A stretch of DNA of 39,576 nt from positions 47,295 to 86,870 of the forward strand of contig NW_014040556.1 of NCBI RefSeq assembly GCF_001186125.1, read 5' to 3'. Below are positions 1-13,870 of the stretch, piece after piece (within the stretch, counting starts at the first letter, position 1; every line of letters begins with the position of its first letter). The DNA comes from Sphaeroforma arctica JP610 (Eukaryota). The translations under genes were made by a program, and so were the position numbers. The notes beneath the pieces were generated by a model that saw only the letters and a program-made list of their open reading frames with translations, did no database searches and was not told the DNA's origin.

Positions 1-660
<660 letters not shown>

Positions 661-692
661 TGTATGAAAAGTTATTTTTTGAAACAGCTTAC

Positions 693-1166
693 CTTTCTTT
701 TTGACTTCGTATGTGATCGCTTGGACGACTTTTTTGAGGCATTAGCTGCTTCTGACGAATTCTCAGTACCATTTTCCGTAGCAAGATTCTTCCTACCACC
801 ACGTTTTCTAGTGCTACCACGACTGGACCCTTTCCCATTATCCGCAACAACCTTTGGCGAGCGCAAGACAGGTCTCTGCGTGCCTTGCTCACTACGCTTA
901 CCCGTCCTTCCTCTGCTCTGTATAGCTAAAGCGTCGCTATCGTTATTGTCTAGCCTATCATCCTGATTTCGCACACCTGCTTTGGAATCGGCTGATGCCT
1001 TCTTACCCGGACTGCCGCTGCTGCTGGTTTTTTCTCCGCGTCCGCCTCCTCCACGCTTTCTGCGTACCTTGTTCTTTTCTGGGAGCCCATTGGTTTCTGT
1101 TGTTGGTGCGAGTCTTCCAGTAGAACCTGAGGTAGACCTGTTGGTACCTATACTCTCCCCGCCCAT
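693..1166 (-). CDS. Probable first exon of a Lys/Arg/Ser/Gly-rich (nuclear, disordered) protein; gene continues left of the window
   Basis: Open frame from ATG 1166 (MGGES...) ends at a good donor AAG|GTAAGC (692-687); several NLS-like basic clusters; no recognisable domain. Confidence 0.55.
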
Positions 1167-2271
1167 GCTTGTGAGGCGTATCGTCCTCTTGCAGCTTTCT
1201 CTGGGAAAGATCACGCGGTGATGGCTTTATATTTACCAAATATTTGTTGAAAAAATGCACTTTTCTATATTGATGTTTATATAAAAGTATTAAAAATCTC
1301 TTGGAATTTAATCAATTCAAATACCCAGGCTCCACACTGTCCACAGGGGTTGTGATTTGTTGACGGGGAGTCGGTAAGCCGAGTCACGCGAGAGTACTTC
1401 AATATGTATCCAAATACGATCGTTACCACAAAACAACTACTAATAGCCTGTGTGTGGTACATAATAGAAAATGTAGGGAACAAAATTGTTAGTAATACAG
1501 TGCGGCAGCTCGGGTGTCCAAACGTGAACGCAGAGCGCCAACTCCGACGGTAAATTGTACACTAGTCCTCGGCCAAAGATTGATCATTCAAAAAACATAC
1601 TAATTAAATGAAGTTTATTCTTGCTGACTCCTTTCCTTGCTTTGTACTTTCATATAGAGGAATCTTGTACGCTCCGATTCCATATCTACACTTAAAGCGT
1701 ATCTTCAAAATGAATAGTTATATACGTCTGTTTGAAACTTCACACGTGGTTCCAGAGTGGCAGAAAGGTCGGCAATGGTCGAGTTACATATTACACTTAT
1801 TTTTTTGGAGGTTTTAAAATTCATCCAATGGTCATGAATGAACACCGTCGATACATGTATGATATGCCAGCGCGAACTAATGGCCAGTAGTGTACTGTGC
1901 TTGTATGCAGGACAGCTGACACAACCGGTCAAAACAAGATATTTGTACGTATCCACAAGACTCTACTCAAAACAATCATAGCCTCCTGTGTTATTATTTC
2001 AGAGGCCAAATAATAACAAGAAGGCAATGAACAATCATAGCCTCCTATTTTAAATATGTAATTATTGTTCTTAGGTCTCTAGGTGTTGATTATTCAGAAT
2101 CAGAAGGCTATGGAATAACGTGCAATGAAAAACCCTATACGACTATTTGCCGCGTGAAACCTAACAAACAGATATTAAGAAATATTAAATACCTAAAATA
2201 TATGAGAATGTTCGATTTGCTCACCAGGTAGTATTGTCGGGTGTCTGCTGCAGAGAACATCCTACCTCGGT

Positions 2272-5202
2272 GTGCATGAAATTGCGATGAAGTCGCCGGA
2301 TGTGCAATGGGTTGATATAAATGAGTTCGAGGTACAAAGGGTAAGGCAGGAGAAACTGCACCGTCTTCGTAGCTGTTGGGAGCTACCATGCGTTGTATTG
2401 TTCTTCTCTTTTTGGAAATCGTCTTTGAACGTATTGGCAGCGTTTGAGACTAATTGCAAATCTATCGAAGAAGCCCTGCTGGATGAGAATGATTTATTAT
2501 TAGCGGAAATGCACGTGAAACTACTCAGATCTATTCTAAAACGGAATGATATAACATATAATAGCAGTATAGGTGGAGTGCCAACGGCACGCGTCTGGTA
2601 CGACGTCTTACTCGGCATTGTGAAGGAATACGGCGACAATAGTCCCTTGCTGGAGGTGATGGAGGAAGCGTTCACGATAACTGACGGTACTAATTCGGAT
2701 AGGGACGCTACTAAGAATGCTTATGACAACCTTGCGATAGAGTTGCGTGTGCAACTGCTTTACATGCTGTGCAACGTGAGCTTGGGGGCGAGTGATGTAT
2801 TCGCAGAATATGTGGCCGAAAAGGAAACGGATGCCGATGCGCTTAGACTTCAAGTTGTGGGCGTTGACTCTGAGCGCAGTACATACTACTATATGAATGA
2901 CAGTAGGTTATACATGGAGTATTCCTACGTCGAGCGCAAAATAAAGAAGTCTGTTGCTAAACCAAGAGGCAGGCCGAAGAACAAAGAGCGTGTGGTGTTT
3001 CAGCCGAGATTAACCGAGCGGCAGATGGCAAAGCAACAAAAAATGGAAGAAAGCTTAAAGACCAAGGCACCTCCCAGCGGCCGAGGTACTAAGCGGAAGG
3101 CGCAACAGCCCGTGAAAAGCACATCGAAGATACAAGTAGAAGAAGATGTCGACATAGAACCCAAGGAAAACTTGCCTGAATTCCCATATTTCATAAAGAG
3201 GAAACAGTACTGTGTATGTAGTCTGTTGATTGTGTGCAATTGACCTTATGGTTTTGTGAAATTGTAGCTTATGCTTTGGTGGTATTTTGTAAAGACTGGG
3301 CTTGGAGCGCTGGTGAGTATTGTGGAGAATTTTAGTATTTGGACTCTCCCATTCGAATTTATCAACGACATGCGTCGATGTTACTATGCTGCTTGTTTTC
3401 GTATTTGGATTCCTATACACATCACTAATATTGCATCTGTCCTCAAACCTGTGCCACAGTGGCGTGCGGTGTGTGTGACCTCGAAAGAATGGAAGAATTT
3501 GATCGCTCGGCTGTCAAAGAGTCGACACAAAGTGGAAAGAGAACTAGCGGAAACTATCAAAACTTTAGCTGAAACGGTGGTCCCTTCGCTGGAGGTATTG
3601 AGTGTGGTGCATGTTGTATATCGCAAAGATCAGGTTTTCTTTAATTCAAATTTCATGCATGTCCTTGTTTGCTTCCGGAGGCTATGATCTGTGTCTTACG
3701 CATATCTCGCTATTGATGCTAACTGATATATATCTTCAATTATAACCGCTACTAGCGTGCCGAGCTCGCGGCAGAAAAAGCGCGCACACTAGATGCTTTG
3801 CCTCGACGTTCGTCATCAAGAGTGAAAACAAATGAGCAAATGTCAGAGCGGGACAAAAGGTACGTCTCGGTGATGTGTTTTTTTTTCTCCTGAGCTGTCT
3901 TACTCGTGCTAGTTATGTTTATGATCAGTTAGTTTACAGTACATTGCTTTCATCCGCTGGTTTAGGCGGATGCAGCTGTTATTCTTTCATTGCTGAGCCT
4001 CCAAATACACAGTAGAATACTTGATCGTTTCAGTGCACTCACCTTGTGCAGTTAGCTGAGCACCTTGTTCACAAATGATCAATACGCAGTACCTATAGCA
4101 CCTATTTGTGCCCTCCCATTTACATACAGGATACATTTCTTAAAGCGTGAAGAGGAGCGTCTGAGGACAATAGCCGAGAAAGAGAAAGAAGAAATTAAGA
4201 AAGCCAAGCGGCAAGCGGCCGAAGCGGAGCGCGAACGCGAGCTAGCAGCACGTGAAGCCAAAAATGAGGAAGCACAGAGGCGGCGTGTGGCACAAAAGGT
4301 AGGTTTTGTCATGGATTCGGCGTGCTATGGCTGCTTATCTGTATGTATGTCAGCCAATATCTTGATCCGTTGTACGTGTTGTTCTGGTGCTGTATATCAA
4401 AGAATGCATGATTGTCTACCTTGCATGTCTATTTCTTGTATCCGACTATCACGCACTTCACTCATCTGTCCTGTCTATTATTCCATTCATAGGAGAAGCA
4501 GCGACGAGCGAAAGAACGGGAAATCAGACTGAAAGACCGAGAGGCCACGCTCGAGCAAGAAAGATTAGAAGAGGAGGCTATAGCAGCAGAGCGAGAGGAA
4601 CGATTGCTGTTGAGGACGATGCCAGAGGAGGAAAGAATTCAGTACCTCGCATCTAAAGAGGGTATGGCATTGTGTATCGCTAACCGTCTTTTGTTTAGAT
4701 AGAATTTATATGCGACATTTGTCTCACATATGTATGGTGTTCCACCCACTCGCGTATAGAACGGACGAGGAAAGCTTCTAGCATTCCATCTTATCCATCC
4801 TCGAAGAAATTACGAGTGCAAGGAGAAACAGCGACATCGCGGACATCGAGAACTTCAAAGGTAAAGCCCACACCCCTTCCCACCGAGAATGATCGGGAGA
4901 GCGAAAAGGCTTCCCGCCGCATTCTCGTATTCAGTTCTGCATTCGCCAACGAAGCCGCGAGTGCAGTGGTGAAGAAAGAATATAAGGATGTCGGAGATTA
5001 CCACAAGTTTTACCAGGTAAAGCGTATTGTTTGTTGCTGTCTTAGTAAACCCGTGATAGTACCCCCATTCATCGACGCTTGACGTGTCGTGCGATATTGT
5101 TAAATGTTATTCATTTCCCAAACAACATTATCTACATTCTCGTAGGCTGCATGCCGGAATGGAAAGGCGAAGATCGTACTAGATGCTGGTGGTGCTTGCT
5201 AA
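2272..5202 (+). CDS. DDT/WHIM-domain ISWI-associated chromatin-remodelling subunit (RSF1/CECR2/Ioc3-like). Predicted exons 2272-3213, 3460-3594, 3756-3859, 4130-4298, 4493-4661, 4760-5016, 5146-5202
   Basis: DDT-like N-terminus (LRSCWELPCVVLFF...IEEALL...LAEMHVKLLR), WHIM1-like YDNLAIELRVQLLYMLC, WHIM2-like LRLQVVGVDSERSTYYY, AT-hook KPRGRPK, WHIM3-like WRAVCVTSKEWKNLI, then PRRSSSR and an E/R/K coiled coil. All six GT-AG introns were checked by hand and are phase-compatible. Confidence 0.8.
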
Positions 5203-6250
5203 CGTGTGCTGTTCCATTGCGACATAGTATGGCGCATCGAGATCGTGCATACTTGACCAAAAGTATTGAGTGTGCGAAGAACTTTTGACATTGACAATGG
5301 CCGCCGGAGAGTCAATTACCCGCATTGAAGACAAATAGCACGCAACTATAACATCAATCTAGTAGTATGAACACAGCACTAAACAGCTATTTGAGTCAAC
5401 GTTGAGGGCACGCCGACATCCTTGAAGACTGTACTTAAAGTTGATGGAGATGGACGTGCCTAATTTCAACAACAGGTTGTGTACAACGTCTTGCATTGCA
5501 TGTAGCTCTGATCAAGGCTTTGGTATCGATTACATACACGAATCTTGAATAAGTGTCGTTGGGTTCGATGATGCCCGCTGAAGTGGCACTTGGAGCATTA
5601 CTGGGCTGCAATTTTTTTTCCCTGATGAATGCGTACCCGCGGACGTCGCACGATATATAAATTGCTGGCATCTGAAAAGAGGTTCATGGCGAACAATCAG
5701 GAGGGTCCTGGCGACGCGATCGGTTATCTTCGGTTGATTGCATGTTTTATCACTTACTTGCGCGTGATGAGTTCTTAGGCGCCAACAAGTTAGTTGACTG
5801 GCCAGGCCCAAGGGAGTGCAGAAAAACCCTCCGTAGTCTAAGTATTTGTGTATTGTAAAACTCTCGTGAAATATATGCAGGTTGACCTTTCGAAAATGTG
5901 TCAATTCGGCCAAGCTTTCTTCTATATTACATGAGCAAAACCATATACAGTTTTCACTGATAACAATTTTGCACGGCGTAGCTACATAGTATTGAATAAA
6001 GGCTAATCCAATGTATTATATTGAAATTCGCCGCAATTTTACCACATCATTTCCAGCGTTTACAATAGTACCGTGCGTATTCTATAACCCAAATACAATT
6101 GATGTGATTTATTGGTTTAATGTTGGTGGGCTCATCGTGCAGCTCAAATGTACACAAATATTGAACGCCCATTGTACATTTTGCAGGTGGCCGATTGATA
6201 GCTGAAATCTAAGTTGCCGTTCTCCATATTCTAAAATTTTGTGAGGTGTT

Positions 6251-9168
6251 TCACATAAGCTTTTTCTTTTTGGCCCAAAAAATGGATACAGTAGAAAGCA
6301 AGCACATAGCAAGTACGATACAGAAGAACGGTACCAAACTGTCCGCTTCCTGAAAGGGTACCAATACGTTCATACCGAAGGAGCCAGCAATCTGTATTGT
6401 AAAAAACCATTGTATTATGATCAACCCATGTTGTGTTATATTATTAAATCGAAGGCAAAATTGGAATTCAGATTTATAAAGGTGACAACACATACCAAAT
6501 TTAGCGGCAAGAAGAGAGTTGACACAACTGTTAAACTGTTCAGAGCAGTCCCGCTTGCTGCCGTTGCTTCGGCCAACTCAACATTGAGCTTAAGGTTGCA
6601 AACGGGTGCAGAAAGGGTGAAGGAAAACGAAGAAAACATTAGATAAGGCTATAGTCAGCTTAAATAGAAAACACTTTCGAAATAGCCACCTTAAGTTATC
6701 TTGACATACCTGTGCTAAGTAGTTAGAATGAGTAGCATTGATAGTTTCCCTGCTCCCTTCTATTTTCCCCATCATCTCGTGTATCAGATCTAAAATATCC
6801 CGAAAATACAAGAATGTGTCCTTCTTGACATGGGGGGGTGGACTCCGGCCGTGGCCGGTAAGATACAAGAGGATATCTCTCTTTGGCTTCAGTATGCGAA
6901 TAAGTCGGCTGGTCCTCCTCCGAATATGAGTTATACGTCTAAGGATGTCAGCCGCGTCTCTCTGCCCTAAGTAGAAGATCATCTCATCTATGGCATCCAC
7001 CTCCACCTCAGCTGCCCTTGTGATCGGCTCGAGCTCGTCCGCAATGTTATCAATCTAGGAGCAACCACGAGTGGTAAAAAGTGGAATTAGCCGATCGCAT
7101 AGATGACCAAAACAACTCGAGTTATAAAATATTCAATTTGAGTATTTGAAATCCTGTCAGTTCTCGGAAACAGGCTGTGTGCAGCTCAAGCAAAAATACC
7201 CTTACATGTTATCTAGAACTATGAAATTTACCACATATTCACAGATTCCCTGGTTGTCAGCTCACTTAGATTCGGTGCACGCTACATATCTTACAATAAG
7301 CATCAGCGTCCAATCTGCTCTCAGTGGAGTATCTTTCTGTAGGAGGCCGATCACTGCGTTCACCACATGCGCTGGTCGAGCGTGGAAGGTTATAGCAAAA
7401 GTATCGAACACAGCTATGTTCATGTTTACAGCGGCTTGTTCGTCTTCCCCTTGCGTAGAAGAGAAGGTCTGCAATTGGAGTTACAAAAGTGAGCGATACA
7501 TAATTAGCGTGAAATCAACATTTTAAGTCTCGTTTAGGCCCGTTACCAATTTTTATATACTCTCATCCGTGTACAATTTAAAAGAAATCGACGCAGTCTA
7601 GCACATGATGGGTGATACAAATACGAACAAACCTGCATTATGGTGAACAAATACGAATCATACACTTCCACTTTCTCGCGTGTGTATTCGGTGAGAATAT
7701 CTTCGCTTGTCAGTGGATGGATACCGAAGACCTATGCAATAAAAATTGAAAAAAGGGTCAGTGTAAGATATATATTTGCGGAAGAAGTGAATACCTACAA
7801 CAGCAGACCAGTAAATTCAATTTTTTTTCTTGCTTGCCTGTTCAATCAAAGTCATGTCAGCTTGAGACGGTGCACAGACATCAATCCAAAAGAAGCCGGT
7901 GTCCAACATGGCCTCGAAGTTGACTTGGATAAACCCTTGCTTGCCGCTAAAATGACGACATTTTCGTTCCGAGTCAAGTACAGTGAAGGTCTGCAAGCAA
8001 CGAGAGTTGACAAGTTAATACTTTTGATACAGAGTAACCTAATGACGGCTCACTACACAATCATGTTCTAGGTCGAACGAGAAAACGTTTAAATACCGTT
8101 AATGGCCACCGTAGAATACAACTCAGTGCGTACCGCTTGGAAGTCAATTGATGAATCCGCCACACCCTTTTGAGCATTGAGCAGCGCCTCCAACAACTGT
8201 TTGTTTTCTTTAGCTCCGCGGTGTACCGATCGCAGGGCCCAGTTGGCGTCCACAGTGTCGATTAGCATGGTACCCTCGCTGGCCGAGTCTAGTAGCATAC
8301 TTGCACTCGGAGACATGGTTCTGGGCCCTCGTGGGGTTTGTGCCGGGGGAGGGTTGGTACGGTACATTTGGGAATTGGCATGATTCATCCTGGCAAAGAG
8401 GGTTATGCATACATCGAATGATGAGTTGTGGCGAGAATGATCGGGAGGGTGCGTGGGACGCTTGTAAAAGAAATGAAGGACTCGATTTGATATTGCCATA
8501 CCTCCTCTGTCCTGAGTTTATATGCAATCCCGCCGCCAGATTAGAACCAACCGAGCTTGCATGAGGGACTGTGGCACCAGCTCTGTATACGGGCAGGGAC
8601 TGCAGTACAAGTACAAAACAACTTTGGTTTAGCTACACAACGATCCATTATTCGCAAAACAAGAGCCGGTAATATCAACAAAATGGTTGGTATCACGTAT
8701 CAACCGATCCAGTGGAGCATTTTAGCAGAAACAACCGCAAGACGTACTAGCAAAGTATTTCTATGATTCTAGCATCTCCTCTGCCTATATTTTAATGGTT
8801 CGACTAGATATAATCGGGGAAGTTTCATATAAGGAAACTTAAACCAGCGACTGTGGTCGACGGTTACGTAAAATTAAAAAAACATTCAGCAAATAATCAC
8901 TCAGAACCACTGCCAACCAGCAAAGACATACTGCCTCGTTGTGTACTACACACTCACACAGACACCTATGAAGTAGTACCTCATTCGTGGCTGGGGTTGA
9001 TATCACTGGAGTCGGGCTGCTATTCGCCGGTGAAGTTACTGTGGGCACTGGTACCTCTTGAGGTTGGCCATCTGCATGACTGGTCACAAAGACCAGCCCA
9101 TCATCAGAATCATCCAGTCCCTTCTTCTCATCACCCTCCAAATCAGATACACGAAACCTACCCTTCAT
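6251..9168 (-). CDS. CorA/ALR1-family magnesium transporter (multi-exon; N-terminal exons uncertain)
   Basis: Exons encode FWIDVCAPSQADM, VFGIHPLTSEDI...REKVE, EVDAIDEMI...ILRRI...PKRDIL, LYFRDILD...SNYLAQ, LTVVSTLFLPLNL and the GMN signature (IAGSFGMNVLVP, 6368-6376) followed by TM2 and a basic tail. Confidence 0.88.
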
Positions 9169-9744
9169 CTAGAGATAACTAGTCTTTCCATCTCTTAAGA
9201 ACTGTGGTGATAAATGTACTACAATTAACGCATATGTTGTCTGAGAATCGGCATGCAAGCTGTACAACCCTTTATGATATGATTATTGTAAAAGACGATG
9301 GCGAAGGCGGCTAGGCAAAAAAGCTTAGAACCCAAAAAAAAATTCAGAACACTCGCTTTACCCACTTACTGTCCCCCACTGGCCCACACATCCCTTGCTC
9401 GGCTTCGTATATTAAATTTGTCCAAATACTTATCTTCAGTCATGAGGAGCTTCGTTCGCCTCGTTCGCCTCTAAATACTGGCGATACTGCTAAATACTTA
9501 ACCATTCTGTTTGTGTTAACGTTATAGAATGGAGCGAATGAATATTTAGAGTCGATTCTCAGGCCGATTCTCAATACGAGACATAATACTTAATTTCTGA
9601 TATTGCCGGCGATTTGTTACTTTTCTTTCGCTGAACGTATGACGTGATTTACCGTTGTTGGTTTACTAGTAATTAAAACTAGACCAAACACAGGACTAAA
9701 GTACAATTTATTTTTTGATCATACACTTCCTAAAGATTTCTAAT

Positions 9745-11668
9745 TTAGAAGCGCTCATCGAATACACGCTCACCGTTCTCCGTATTCATAAGGGTAACGT
9801 GAACAGAGGAATCCTCTCGTACATAAAGTGTTAGCTGAAGAGCCTTATCAGCAACATCTCGTGCGGCAATTTCTGCAACAAGCGTACACCCGGTGCACTT
9901 CTTCTCGTTCTGGGCACCTTCGAATAATCTAAGTAAGAAATCGTTTTGATCCTTAGGCATGCTGAAGGTCAAGTGTTTGCGCGTGGGTAGTGCAGTATTC
10001 GCGCCCAACAGGGTCTTGAAATTTCCGTAGGAGTCCTCAAACCCGATACTGTGAGCCAACACGTGTGTTTGGTCGTATTCGCTGTTGCTTTCGGAGTGCG
10101 AGTGACCAAATAGTAGTGAGGCCTGTTGGGCAGCACCCATGGCCACTGCTTGATCCGTAGGGTATTGGTAGTCTATGTGTGCATCGACGTCCTGGAAGTA
10201 CTCGTGCATTAGTGTTTGTAGCTTTGGGACCTTTGCGGCACCGCCAGTCATAATTACGTAGTCAATATCGTCCATTGAGAATTCAGACTTCTTGATTGCA
10301 GCAGCGATAGGCTCGAAGGCTTTCTGGAAAATGGGTTCACAAAGGGTCTCGAAGCGCTCGCGATCCATACTGGCGTGAAGATCCATTCCTGATAAATTTA
10401 GTTTGGAATGAAATAAGTCGGGCATGTCGTACTAGAAGTTCAAATCAAACAAAAGTGAAGGTGACCATATAACTATTTGCATATCAGTCGGCAAATAGTT
10501 ATATTTGTCACTAAGAATATATATTATACTCCGCGCAACGATGGTTTTAGCCGTCGAATGACAACAAGCAAGGATATGACAAGTTACGGCCTTCCGCCTG
10601 TACCGTTATTATAGACAATGACTCAGTACTTGCACTCTCGTGATTCAAGCACCAGTTTGCAGCAACACCACAGAATCAATCTATTCCCTACCTTACTCAG
10701 GCGATCCTACGAAAAAAATTAACACATTATAAAAATTGGAAAGCAGTGCATGTCCTCTAGAAATTAAGTCCAAATAATATACTCAGAATTCCCATACCTT
10801 CCATAAGCGAGTCGATAGCTGCCATAGTAGAGTTAGCGGTAGTAAGCACGTTGGTGATGCGCTCACATTCCAGCCTGAGCTTAGCGATTGCGCGAGGGCT
10901 CGTGCGAATATCTAACTTGCTTTTTTTCATGAATTCCATAGCGAAATACTGCATAAGTCGCGTGTCAAACGAGATTCCTCCGAAATCAGCAACTGTCTCA
11001 GTGGCTACTATCTGATACAGACCATCTCGTACTAATAGCACATTTACGGTCAAGTGTGTAGCTCCGAGATCGTACACCAGGACGTGGATGTCACGCTTGC
11101 GATCTCCATCTTTCTGGCCGATACCGTATTGCAAGCATGTGGCGGTGGGCTCGTTGATGAATCGTAACACGGATAATTTGGCATCAAAAGCAGCCTGCTT
11201 CAGGGCCGCTTTCTGCTCTTGAGTGAAAGTAGCGGGAACTGAGATAACACACTCGAACACGGAGTCACCTGCGAAGTGCTCAGCAGTCTCTTTAACCTTC
11301 TCCAGAAGCATGGTGGTCAATTGTTCAGGGGTAAATGTGGCATTCTCTTCTTTGAATGTAACACTGTAATGAGGCTTGCCGTCCTTGTTTACTACTTTGC
11401 AGTTTGCCTGTTTCTTATCTGCATCTGAGAGATCTGCGTATTTCCGGCCGATGAGACGTTTCATGCCAGTGGCTGTGTTCTCTGAATTTCGCACAAGCTG
11501 CTGCTTTGCAGGTCCACCAACAACACTCTCGAGTTCATTGAAAGACACACATGCCGGAGTAACGAAGTCTCCCAAATCGTTCGCAACAACCTCGACTGTG
11601 CCATCCTTTCGGGCCACGGCTACGCACACATTTGTGGCACCAAAATCGATTCCTACAACACAAGGCAT
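9745..11668 (-). CDS. HSPA14: Atypical Hsp70, HSPA14/Hsp70L1/Ssz1-like (ribosome-associated complex); exons 11668-10798 and 10388-9745, ~504 aa
   Basis: VVGIDFG, VVANDLGDFVTPACVSF, INEPTA, degenerate phosphate-2 loop (DLGATH instead of DLGGGT), GGAAKVPKLQ; short beta substrate-binding domain, no lid or EEVD. Intron G|GTATGG...CAG|GA is phase-compatible. Confidence 0.8.
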
Positions 11669-12942
11669 ACTTAATAATAAAAAAGCTATTACTTCGACAA
11701 TAATAGTTAGGATTATATGCAAATATACTATTTCCTCTCAAGCTTGCGTCTATCAACCGCACTCACGTGTTTAGAAATATATATATGTTGTTATTTATTT
11801 TTACTATCGTCTCTTGTGCAGCAGTGCAGTATGGCTCTTGTGATCTTTTTGTTGCCACTTCGCGAACCTGAAGTTGGTACCCAAACTGACACACGTGCGG
11901 TATCTATTTCATTTTAGAAAGCACACAAAATTTCAAAAACCCGAGTTTACATATTTAGCCAATGAAATCATTGTGGAGGTGGTGTTATTTTATTTGTTGT
12001 ATTTCGAACTAGACCGATAACAAACTCTCTGTGAATATATACAGTCACTTTTAAATTTGAAACATATGTTATAAAAAACATTTTTAATTCAAATCAAATT
12101 CTGCCAGAAGCCGAGAAACCAATGAAAATCATTTTGTTTTTTTCTGCGTTCGACCAGTATTTATATATTCATACAGAGAGTAAATATTGAAATAAATACG
12201 CCCTAAGGCCTAAATATAGGCCCCACTTCCCCAGGGCCTAGGCTACACTTTTCTCTTCTTCTTTTTTACAAAAATATAACATGTCTCTGGTCTCTGTCCA
12301 TGTCGCTGTGGCTCTGTCTATAAGGCCAATATGTGCTCTCTACACCGTCTGCAGTCACTTGCTATTTGTTGGTCGTGACTCATGAATCATGATGCGTGAT
12401 GTGTCTAATCACTCTAAATAAGTTCTAACCGCAAGGTATCCTGTGACCTGTCACTGTCAGTGTTTCAGTGATATGGGGCTCTCTAGAGTCAACCATTGGC
12501 TAGAGTATGGTAAATACTAGGGCACCAATAAACGTTACGTGTCCAGCTGTGAGCCTGTGACAGTAGGACTGTTCCAGTCACTTTTCACTCTGCACCTTCA
12601 GTTGAAGTTTAGTTGAGCTACTATTATTTATGTATCATGCTGCAAATCAATCTTATATCCAAAGAACCTAACTCCACCCAGAAAGTGCCTATAGAACTAG
12701 ATTCCTAGACTAAAAGCGACCTTTAAACTAAACGTCAACTCAAAGAGAACGGCTTGACAACAGCATTTTGCTCTTTTACGACTGTGCAAAAAAAATTGGT
12801 TGGGACGAGCCCGAACTATACAAATTAACAAAGCTTCAAAGGATATGGCAACTCATAAATACATCACACAAATCATCCATCGAATGACTGATCATTAAAA
12901 AGAAGGTGTCCTAGTATTTGTCTCGTTCGTACAAATTGCCAA

Positions 12943-13870
12943 CGTATGTATACATTAAAATGAATATATATGCATATGTATGTATACATTAAAATGAATA
13001 TATATGCATATATGTATATACGTAAAATGTATGTATGTATATGTTTTTTGTATATATCTTTATCTCTTTCTCTATATCTATATNNNNNNNNNNNNNNNNN
13101 NNNNNNNNNNNNNNNNNNNNNNNNNNNNNNNNNNNNNNNNNNNNNNNNNNNNNNNNNNNNNNNNNNNNNNNNNNNNNNNNNNNNNNNNNNNNNNNNNNNN
13201 NNNNNNNNNNNNNNNNNNNNNNNNNNNNNNNNNNNNNNNNNNNNNNNNNNNNNNNNNNNNNNNNNNNNNNNNNNNNNNNNNNNNNNNNNNNNNNNNNNNN
13301 NNNNNNNNNNNNNNNNNNNNNNNNNNNNNNNNNNNNNNNNNNNNNNNNNNNNNNNNNNNNNNNNNNNNNNNNNNNNNNNNNNNNNNNNNNNNNNNNNNNN
13401 NNNNNNNNNNNNNNNNNNNNNNNNNNNNNNNNNNNNNNNNNNNNNNNNNNNNNNNNNNNNNNNNNNNNNNNNNNNNNNNNNNNNNNNNNNNNNNNNNNNN
13501 NNNNNNNNNNNNNNNNNNNNNNNNNNNNNNNNNNNNNNNNNNNNNNNNNNNNNNNNNNNNNNNNNNNNNNNNNNNNNNNNNNNNNNNNNNNNNNNNNNNN
13601 NNNNNNNNNNNNNNNNNNNNNNNNNNNNNNNNNNNNNNNNNNNNNNNNNNNNNNNNNNNNNNNNNNNNNNNNNNNNNNNNNNNNNNNNNNNNNNNNNNNN
13701 NNNNNNNNNNNNNNNNNNNNNNNNNNNNNNNNNNNNNNNNNNNNNNNNNNNNNNNNNNNNNNNNNNNNNNNNNNNNNNNNNNNNNNNNNNNNNNNNNNNN
13801 NNNNNNNNNNNNNNNNNNNNNNNNNNNNNNNNNNNNNNNNNGTTTATGTTTATGTATATGTATGTATGTC
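12943..13870. repeat. TATG/TA microsatellite flanking an assembly gap (13084-13841)
   Basis: Directly visible; the long 'ORFs' here are N-run artefacts. Confidence 0.9.
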
